A stretch of 64,000 nucleotides of DNA. It comes from Eledone cirrhosa (Eukaryota). A model generated the notes under the pieces. The model did not search any database and was not told where the DNA came from. It saw only the letters and a list, made by a program, of their open reading frames with translations. Where the stretch lies: NCBI GenBank assembly GCA_964016885.1, contig OZ024741.1, positions 284,642,001 through 284,706,000 of the forward strand. The letters run 5' to 3'. The translations under genes were made by a program, and so were the position numbers. Each line of letters opens with the position of its first letter. Position 1 is the first letter of the stretch. Below, piece by piece: positions 54,690 through 64,000 of the stretch.

Positions 54690-54920
54690 AGGGATATTTT
54701 GAGAAATATAGAAGCTTTTGAAATGCGAGCCAAACGCCAAATATTGAAAGTTCCTTGGACTGAGAATATGATGTAAATGGATGGCCAGGTACTACAATGA
54801 GACATCAGGCGACAACAATTGTAATAACTTGGGCATAAATTACATGATACTGTTGAGTTAGGGTTGAAGCGACTTTTCATTATTGAAATGACTGATAAGA
54901 TTGGATGAGATCACAAATAT
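54690..54920 (+). pseudogene. Old RTE-like C-terminal fragment
   Basis: IEAFEMRAKRQILKVPWTE resembles the IDAFEMW..RRMLRI.WT motif. Confidence 0.5.
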
Positions 54921-55925
54921 ATTGCTTGGTTTGATTGCGCAAAAATATTCGGTAACAAATCTATTGAGCTGGAAGGTAAAGGATAAAAGTAAAGGATAAA
55001 AGATGGAGAGAAATTGTTCATCGCATACTTGCTATCCATCAAACATCAAGAGGAATGGTGCTGATGATGCTGAAGCACAAATATCGTTGTGAAGTCGTTA
55101 AGATTAGAACGGTTCAGACGGTGGTACTGACCACAGTTTGGTAATCTCATCTATGTTCTTGTTGTTGTTAGACCTCCGTCATTTCCAACGAGGAGTGCAC
55201 CAGTTGATTCAATCAACAGAACTGCCTATTCAGGAAAATAACGTGTAAGTGGCCTAGCGTTCCACAGGCACGTGCACCACATAGTTCACGGGCGATTAAG
55301 CGTGACACAATGTGTGGTATGTCTTGCCCCTCAAAGTACAGGTACAGCTGATTCTTGCTAGCAGGGTGGATTCTTGCTAGCAATGTGAAATAAAACATCT
55401 TTATTTAAAGGACTGCCTGACCATACGACAGCGAGCTGGACACCATTAACACAATGCCACGGATCTTCCTCCTCAGCTAAGTCGTTACAACCAAAGAAAG
55501 CCATCAAAGAAGATAAATGTGTAAAAAAATCCAGGATGCTAAGATTCAAGTGATTTTGTTGCAGAGAACTTATATTGAATTTCATGAAATATATATTTTT
55601 GTAGACAGCAGGAATTTGTATGTTTATTAGATACGAACATATCATATAAGCCTTCAATTACAAACCAAGCTGTTTTTTCTAGTCCTAGCAGCCACATGAT
55701 GGTAAGCTATTGTGACTGTCATACATAACTTCAACCACCAATATTTGGTAAAAAGGAAAAACCAATCCACACTAGTACATAATGTCACACATACACACAC
55801 AAACACATGCACACGCATACATACAGGCGGACGTACGCACACACAAATACGCGCGCGCGCACTCACACACACGCGCGTGCACATACACACACCCACACAC
55901 GCACACATACACACATACACACACA

Positions 55926-55998
<73 letters not shown>

Positions 55999-56111
55999 GT
56001 ATGTATATACTTCGTTTTTGTATGTTTTGCAAGATTCTTGATGTGAAATCGTGATGTTGAAACAGATATTGTGTCATATTTTAAGAGGGTCATGTTGCCA
56101 GGGTCATGCAT

Positions 56112-56159
<48 letters not shown>

Positions 56160-56589
56160 TTCTGTGTGTGTGTGTGGGGGTGTGTGTGGTATGTGTTTGT
56201 GTGGTGTGTGTGTGTGTGTGTGTGTGTGTGTCTGTGTGTACAAACGATTGAAAAGCGAGCGCAATCTACGTAGAAGTTGAATATATTTGTATTAACAGTT
56301 TGACGAGAGATTTCGTTAGACTTAAATCTGTCTAACTCTTCTGACGCGTCCTAAATAAGACGGGATTTGATACTAACTAGCACATTTCCATTCACAATTC
56401 GCAGAGAAATTCCACGGTAACCGTTGTAGTCAACACAATTTTGACTGAGAGTCCTTGAATCAACTCTGCCCTTCTCTTAAATTTGCTGCCGCTGTGCCTT
56501 GATTACATATCAATATGAAAACATAGTTATAGTCTGTGCTGTGGCCCTCGCAGAGCATTAGGCTTCAATATATATATATATATATATAT

Positions 56590-58757
56590 GAAATATGAAA
56601 TATAAGAATCAAAGAACTGTTCAAAACATTATTGTGCTTACAGCTGTTTCCTCCAAACCGAGGTTTGGATTCTTCGGAGCAATTTATTAATGCATGGACA
56701 GTTATATGACCTCCTTTTCAGCCGAGAGACATACCAAATACATATTCAAACATTGATACATATTCAAACATTGTGGGTCAACATTCATTACAGAAATGAA
56801 TTTACACTGTTGATCAGCAATTTCTCATATGTATTCCTGGATGGTATTGGTATGTTCTTGGTTGACATGGGGAGTTGGTCTTTGATTAGCATATTGGCAA
56901 TATTATATGTCAGCTCAACGATATGGAGCAGTTAATAGTATTAGTTATACTATTTATGGTTATGTAAACACAAAACCTTAAGCAGTTGTAAGTATTTTAC
57001 ACACACCCTAAATAGTGGTAGGCAGTAATGTATTACTACCTTATTACCAGTAAGTTAAGTAGCTCAATGTAAAAACATCAGATGATTTACAGAGCAGTTA
57101 TATGAAATATAAGAATCAAAGAACTGTTCAAAACATTATTGTGCTTACAGCTGTTTCCTCCAAACCGAGGTTTGGATTCTTCGGAGCAATTTATTAATGC
57201 ATGGACAGTTATATGACCTCCTTTTCAGCCGAGAGACATACCAAATACATATTCAAACATTGATACATATTCAAACATTGTGGGTCAACATTCATTACAG
57301 AAATGAATTTACACTGTTGATCAGCAATTTCTCATATGTATTCCTGGATGGTATTGGTATGTTCTTGGTTGACATGGGGAGTTGGTCTTTGATTAGCATA
57401 TTGGCAATATTATATGTCAGCTCAACGATATGGAGCAGTTAATAGTATTAGTTATACTATTTATGGTTATGTAAACACAAAACCTTAAGCAGTTGTAAGT
57501 ATTTTACACACACCCTAAATAGTGGTAGGCAGTAATGTATTACTACCTTATTACCAGTAAGTTAAGTAGCTCAATGTAAAAACATCAGATGATTTACAGA
57601 GCAGTTATATGAAATATAAGAATCAAAGAACTGTTCAAAACATTATTGTGCTTACAGCTGTTTCCTCCAAACCGAGGTTTGGATTCTTCGGAGCAATTTA
57701 TTAATGCATGGACAGTTATATGACCTCCTTTTCAGCCGAGAGACATACCAAATACATATTCAAACATTGATACATATTCAAACATTGTGGGTCAACATTC
57801 ATTACAGAAATGAATTTACACTGTTGATCAGCAATTTCTCATATGTATTCCTGGATGGTATTGGTATGTTCTTGGTTGACATTTCTGTAATGAATGTTGA
57901 CCCACAATGTTTGAATATGTATCAATGTTTGAATATGTATTTGGTATGTCTCTCGGCTGAAAAGGAGGTCATATAACTGTCCATGCATTAATAAATTGCT
58001 CCGAAGAATCCAAACCTCGGTTTGGAGGAAACAGCTGTAAGCACAATAATGTTTTGAACAGTTCTTTGATTCTTATATTTCATATAACTGCTCTGTAAAT
58101 CATCTGATGTTTTTACATTGAGCTACTTAACTTACTGGTAATAAGGTAGTAATACATTACTGCCTACCACTATTTAGGGTGTGTGTAAAATACTTACAAC
58201 TGCTTAAGGTTTTGTGTTTACATAACCATAAATAGTATAACTAATACTATTAACTGCTCCATATCGTTGAGCTGACATATAATATTGCCAATATGCTAAT
58301 CAAAGACCAACTCCCCATGTCAACCAAGAACATACCAATACCATCCAGGAATACATATGAGAAATTGCTGATCAACAGTGTAAATTCATTTCTGTAATGA
58401 ATGTTGACCCACAATGTTTGAATATGTATCAATGTTTGAATATGTATTTGGTATGTCTCTCGGCTGAAAAGGAGGTCATATAACTGTCCATGCATTAATA
58501 AATTGCTCCGAAGAATCCAAACCTCGGTTTGGAGGAAACAGCTGTAAGCACAATAATGTTTTGAACAGTTCTTTGATTCTTATATTTCATATAACTGCTC
58601 TGTAAATCATCTGATGTTTTTACATTGAACTACTTAACTTACTGGTAATAAGGTAGTAATACATTACTGCCTACCACTATTTAGGGTGTGTGTAAAATAC
58701 TTACAACTGCTTAAGGTTTTGTGTTTACATAACCATAAATAGTATAACTAATACTAT
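56590..58757. mobile_element. Divergent tandem array of a 507-nt PLE-derived, HHR-bearing monomer (about 2.5 copies minus, about 1.7 copies plus) inside (TA)n
   Basis: Period 507 (56690/57197/57704); inversion junction at 57881-57882; HHRs at 56635-56681, 57142-57188, 57649-57695 (-) and 57997-58043, 58504-58550 (+). Confidence 0.92.
58293..58397 (+). pseudogene. Truncated N-terminus of a PLE ORF within the 507-nt monomer (34 aa)
   Basis: MLIKDQLPMSTKNIPIPSRNTYEKLLINSVNSFL*; resembles the S.KNIP.P...Y...LI...F start of GIY-YIG PLE proteins (recalled motif, not searched). Confidence 0.6.
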
Positions 58758-59040
58758 ATATATATATATATTTATATATCTGTGTGGGTGTACGTATGAA
58801 GTAAGTAAGTTAGCGAGCATAAGGGACAAATAGGCGCACATTTTCCCAGGTTGATTGGTATAATATGAAGCATTTAATTAGTTGGAGTTGTCACACACAT
58901 TGCATGCATGGTCCCGTAACACCTGAGGGAATCGAAGGAATGCCATATTGACTCACGTTTTTAGGCATTTTAAATTTGGCTAAGCCCATCCCTCTCCAGG
59001 TCTGCTGAATACAGCAGCTTTCTTCCAGAGAAGGATAGAA

Positions 59041-59110
<70 letters not shown>

Positions 59111-60312
59111 AGATATAGAGGAAGAAGCGACATCAGTAATAGACTGGTATTTATCGACCTCAAACGTATGAAAGGCAAAGTTGATTTCAGCGGGATTTGA
59201 ACTCAGAGAGTAGAGAGCAGAGCCGAAATGAATGCGGCATAGCAGTTTGCTCGACATTCTAATGACTCTGCATATTCTTACATATATATTACTTTAATAT
59301 ATTATTTCATCTTAAATAAACTATGGTTATTAATTTTTAATTTGACTTTAAGTTTAACTTAGTTCTATTACAACATTTATGGTATGTTTATTGATTTTAT
59401 AACTACATTTCTCCTTATATCGAACTATTAAATCTATTCTCCATAATCTGTTTTATTTCATTTCTTCAGACTTTTTCTAATTTTAGCAATTAATATAATG
59501 GCTATAAATTTGATAATTTTTGCATTTTTTTCTACACCTCTACGCATATCCATTTTTCTTTTAAGCAAATTTCTCATTTTTATATTTCATAATGTTCATG
59601 TTATAGAACCTATAACCATGATATAATCAATATCCAATAACATTTATATAATTTAATTTTAAATCCATTATAGAATTACTTAATGTGGATAATTAAATGC
59701 CACATTATTCCTAAATGCAAATACAGGTAACTAGGGAAAGCGCTTCCATTTGCGCAACGAATATATTTATTATGCATAAGCATATCTTATATGCCATCAT
59801 TTACACCTTTATTATGAATCACATTCAATTAATGATATCCCTAATTAATCTCCGTCAGTCAAGCACGCAAATGAAATGTTCCAGTATATAAACTATTGCT
59901 TACTTTTATATCAGCAACGCTTCAGTAAACATCATAGATGGTGGATAAAATACTGAAGCTACGGAGATAGTCACAACAAAATCTCTGATTACTAAAAACA
60001 CTCACAGGGAAACACAGTTATATGAATATTTATGCGTCTACCTCTCCATCTGTCTCTCTCTCTCTATCTATATATACATATAAATGAATCTTCCTGATCG
60101 TAATTTTTCGGTCGTATGGGTGATTTTAGACATAATCTTTGTGTGTTGGTATTTTAACGATAGTTATAGCTCTGATTTATCTGAATTATTGAGCCCTCTG
60201 CCACTCATGTCGAATTTGTTTATCGTGAACTCGTGAGCCGATTTTTCGATACTCGATTATTCTACTATACATATATATATATAGTATATGTATGTATATA
60301 TGTATGTATGTT

Positions 60313-60377
<65 letters not shown>

Positions 60378-60460
60378 CCATAGCCATTCAATGGCTATCA
60401 TCGAAATATATATAGCAGTAAATAAAGGATTATGAGTTCATGCAATTGACTTATGTTTCG

Positions 60461-60526
<66 letters not shown>

Positions 60527-60533
<7 letters not shown>

Positions 60534-61192
60534 CCACCTATGTACATATTCTTCTATAGAATATGCATTCGGTATATATACAATATACCGTGTTTCTTAT
60601 ACGATATATGGCTCTTTCTCTCTCTATATATATATACATATATATTTTTCATTTGGTTATTATGACTCTAGATAAAGTCTATTGAGTTGGCTTACTGAAA
60701 AACACAACATTCTAAACATATTTGATGTTTTGACTCATTATTTGTACTTAACGGCTCCAAACCTCTAGCGGAATTAACGTCCACCCTGTTGATATCTATT
60801 TGCCTTGGGTTTGACATAATTTAACCATGTGCTTCTCAGCATGACGGTAGCGTTGGACTTAGCTGTTGATATTGGCAGGTATATTGATTTATTTACCATC
60901 TTCATTTTCTATTTCCCTTAGAATTGTGGGACTAAACCTCTGAAGAGTACCTGAATCTCATGTGGTTTAATCATAATCGATAGTTTGTCTTCGATGATCG
61001 ATTACATAGTTTGGTTTTGAGCTACATTTTCCATGTATGAAATAGCGCTATAAGGTTTCACTTATAATTCCACCCCTGTACATATTCTTCTATAGAATAT
61101 GTATTTGATATATATATACAATATAGCGTGTTTCTTATGCGACATATGGCGCTTTCTCTCTCTCTATATATATACATATATCTTTTTCGTTT

Positions 61193-61197
<5 letters not shown>
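60527..61197 (+). repeat. About 1.25 copies of a 536-nt unit between (TA)n tracts
   Basis: ATTCCACC..GTACATATTCTTCTATAGAATATG at 60531 and 61067. Confidence 0.8.
60934..61058 (+). ncRNA. Hammerhead ribozyme with an 84-nt insertion in loop II
   Basis: AAACCT-CTGAAGA-GTAC(84 nt)GTAT-GAAA-TAGCGCTA-TA-AGGTTT. Confidence 0.8.
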
Positions 61198-61241
<44 letters not shown>

Positions 61242-62169
61242 AAATTCGTTTTCAAATGTAAAAACTGGAAAGATGTAGGTGAAAGAGTTATAGCTTAAAA
61301 TACGAAATTATTACAATAAACAGTACACACGACTACATATCATTAAAAAAAAAATTCATATGAACTCTTATTGCGTTAGATTATTCACACACGTAGGGCA
61401 AGTTATCCATTAAAATATGTTACCGAACTCTTATTTATATCATAATTTAATTTACAATTGTTTCATTCTCGTGGGACTCATGAATCAATCACTACATAAA
61501 TAAATACCTTTAGTTCATCTTTTCGAAGGCACAACAAATTAGGAGAATTTTGTTTACATAAAAAAAAAAACTGCATAGTCATCACAAGATATATTCCTTA
61601 CCACATGCAGCGTGACTTTAATTCACACTGGCAGTCAAGCGAATGTCATACATCAAAATAGTCTTGTAACCATCGGCAATGTCACTTTTTTATACCTAAT
61701 AAATTCTTTATAAATGTCAAAAATTATACAGATGCACACACCCACGCACACACACCCACACAATTACACATCCACCCATATACAAACACACATTCAAACA
61801 CAGGCCCATATCAATCAATATATATATATGTGCATGAATATATGTATAAATTATCAAAATTAATAATAAAATGACAAATTAAGTGGGTTAGTGAATCTAC
61901 AAATACATTTTACCCCAAAAGGAAAACACATACTCTAGTGATCAATTACAGAAAAGAAACTAATTTAAAGTTGGTAGCTCCCCAACCTCATCCCGTATAT
62001 ACACACTCTCTCTCACACACACATACATCTCAACATGCATCCCTCCACACCCACACGATCCAAAAATATGTGTGTCTGGGTTCAGGTAGTTGTATTTGAT
62101 GAACCCATATAGTGGTTCATACACATGCATATCTGCGGATGCATATATACCGTCATACGCACACAAATA

Positions 62170-62385
62170 TATATTTTTGCAGACGACACAGTGTTACTCA
62201 CCTCAACAGACGATGATCTTCGACTTGTACTTGATAAGTTTGGTGCCGAGTGCTGCATGGCTGGAATGAAAATCAGTGCTGCGAAAACTGAGACACTAGT
62301 CCTTTCAAGGAAGCCTGTGCAGTGCACGTTACATGTGAATGGAGTTCCACTGAAGTAGGTAGAGAAGTACAAGTATCTCAGGGCT
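62170..62385 (+). pseudogene. LINE RT fragment
   Basis: FADDTVLL..GMKISAAKTE..VEKYKYL. Confidence 0.75.
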
Positions 62386-62823
62386 GTGAGCAGAACATTG
62401 AACTGAATTTACTTGCGTGTGTATAGGGTTGTGGTTGACCCAATTTCTCCAATTTACATCGTCAAATTGAGATTTGACCAATATAACATTTGTTGTTTTG
62501 TAAACTAACTTTCGGTGAATACTATGTTGGTTTGTATATATATATATTTTTTCTTCGACCTCGCGTCGGTGTGAGTGTGTGTGTACTCACTCACACTAAC
62601 TGTGACCGACTGTAATTCTAAAGATTTGATGTTGAGATTAGACCCGTCCAGCGTCTTTTACAGCTATTGAGAGATAGAGACTTGATAGTTTTATGACCCT
62701 TACTGAGGATGATAGCAGCTGGCGTGTTTAGGCTGCTTAATCTTCATACGGGGGACAAAACTCTAGTGAGTGAACATCGTTAAATTTTCTCCCTCATATC
62801 AAGGATTTGAAGACAATTCATTT

Positions 62824-62897
62824 TCAACTGATGTGATCAGTGATAATCGATCATGGCCGCACGATCGATTTATCACTTATTGAAACATGTGTCGTGA
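62824..62897 (+). ncRNA. Decayed hammerhead with a long stem II
   Basis: TCAa-CTGATGt-GATcAGTGATAATCGATC(..)GATCGAtTTATCACTtATT-GAAA-CATGTG-TC-gTGA. Confidence 0.55.
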
Positions 62898-63257
62898 TTA
62901 AAATGATTGGAAATTTATACCATGCCTTCGGATCTTTATTTTGATACAAATACTCCGTTTTACATCATCTAGCTGTTCCCATAAATGGAATTGGAGATAT
63001 ACAAAAGCGTGGAGAACTTAATATTGATAACAAAAATATATTGGACCGTATGGCACAACCAATAATACACCTTACTATATATATATATATATATATAGTT
63101 TCAGAAGATCCCGTTAAGGGTCAAAGCAGCGATTCTTTGCTTAAACTTTAATCTGTTATTTTAATAAATATTTGCTCTACGGTTCTTATATATTTGATAT
63201 ATATTTATTCTTATCAAGCCCTCTTTGGATTTTAGTCTTCAAATTTATTAATATTAC

Positions 63258-63381
<124 letters not shown>

Positions 63382-63432
63382 TATTATTCAGAATTATAAT
63401 AAATGAAGACATTCACATAAGCAAAATATATG

Positions 63433-63494
63433 TTTTATTATATATATTTCGAAGGTACTGTGCTGTTTGTTCAGTAAGTCCTCGTCAGATAAAA
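63433..63494 (-). ncRNA. Hammerhead ribozyme with canonical core, within a divergent inverted insert at about 63385-63598
   Basis: TTTTAT-CTGACGA-GGActTACTG(..)CAGTAccTTC-GAAA-TATATA-TA-ATAAAA. Confidence 0.85.
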
Positions 63495-63688
63495 TACATG
63501 AATTGATGTACGTACTGAACAAACACCACAGTACCTTCGAAATATATATAATAAAACACATATTTTGATTATGTGAATTTATTATTATTCTGAATAATAA
63601 TAACCCCAGAAAACTTTTTTGTAGAGTGCTTTTAATCTATTGTAAAACTATATTCATTGAGTTATCAATGAACCATAATAATCTTTGG

Positions 63689-63769
<81 letters not shown>

Positions 63770-63911
63770 AAATCAAGGGAGTGTAAACACAGAAAATATC
63801 TTAAAAAATAATAACTTGCTATTGAACCACAGTGGCATACGGACTATACTTGTATCCCTGTATGTATTAATTACATATAGGACACATACTTTTATTATAT
63901 ATATATATTTC

Positions 63912-64000
63912 TCTTACTGGTAATAGGGTAGTAGGAAATTACTGACCTTTCCTGTTTATAGTTGTTTATACTATATACATAACTATAAATAGTATTATTA
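63912..64000 (+). mobile_element. Diverged relative of the PLE terminal-repeat tail seen at 5575-5693 and in the 507-nt unit
   Basis: CTTACTGGTAATAGGGTAGTA..ATTACTG..CATAACTATAAATAGTAT. Confidence 0.6.

Noticed and set aside
56690-58495. Repeated 81-aa ORF MHGQLYDLL... as a tandem gene family
   Set aside because: It is antisense to the ribozyme and to the PLE-like ORF start and crosses the deletion junction; its identity between copies just reflects the repeat.

Overview
AT-rich eukaryotic genomic DNA packed with (TA)n, (CA)n, (GA)n and (CATA)n microsatellites and transposable elements. The SINE families and repeat landscape suggest an octopus or other cephalopod (inference). No host gene can be called with confidence; there is only a speculative three-exon minus-strand fragment. 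Identified elements: RTE-clade LINEs with C-terminal C2H2 fingers, an R4/Dong-type RLE LINE, an L1/Tx1 LINE, several Penelope-like elements (PLEs, RT plus GIY-YIG), an internally deleted Helitron, Tc1/mariner and pogo/Tigger relics, and tRNA-derived SINEs. The main hidden signal is non-coding. About 25 type I hammerhead ribozyme (HHR) motifs from many unrelated families were found by eye, mostly in short inserts inside (TA)n tracts. Several sit in 324-536 nt tandem monomers that resemble retrozymes (circular-RNA-derived repeats). Many inserts have two divergent arms, often joined at or near ribozyme stem II. The clearest case is 56.6-58.8 kb: a 507-nt monomer (PLE terminal repeat with HHR plus the first codons of a PLE ORF) repeated about 2.5x on the minus strand and about 1.7x on the plus strand, with a related PLE at 3.3-5.7 kb. 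An HDV-like ribozyme candidate starts a non-autonomous RTE derivative at 46.07 kb. All RNA folds were derived by manual pairing, not computed.
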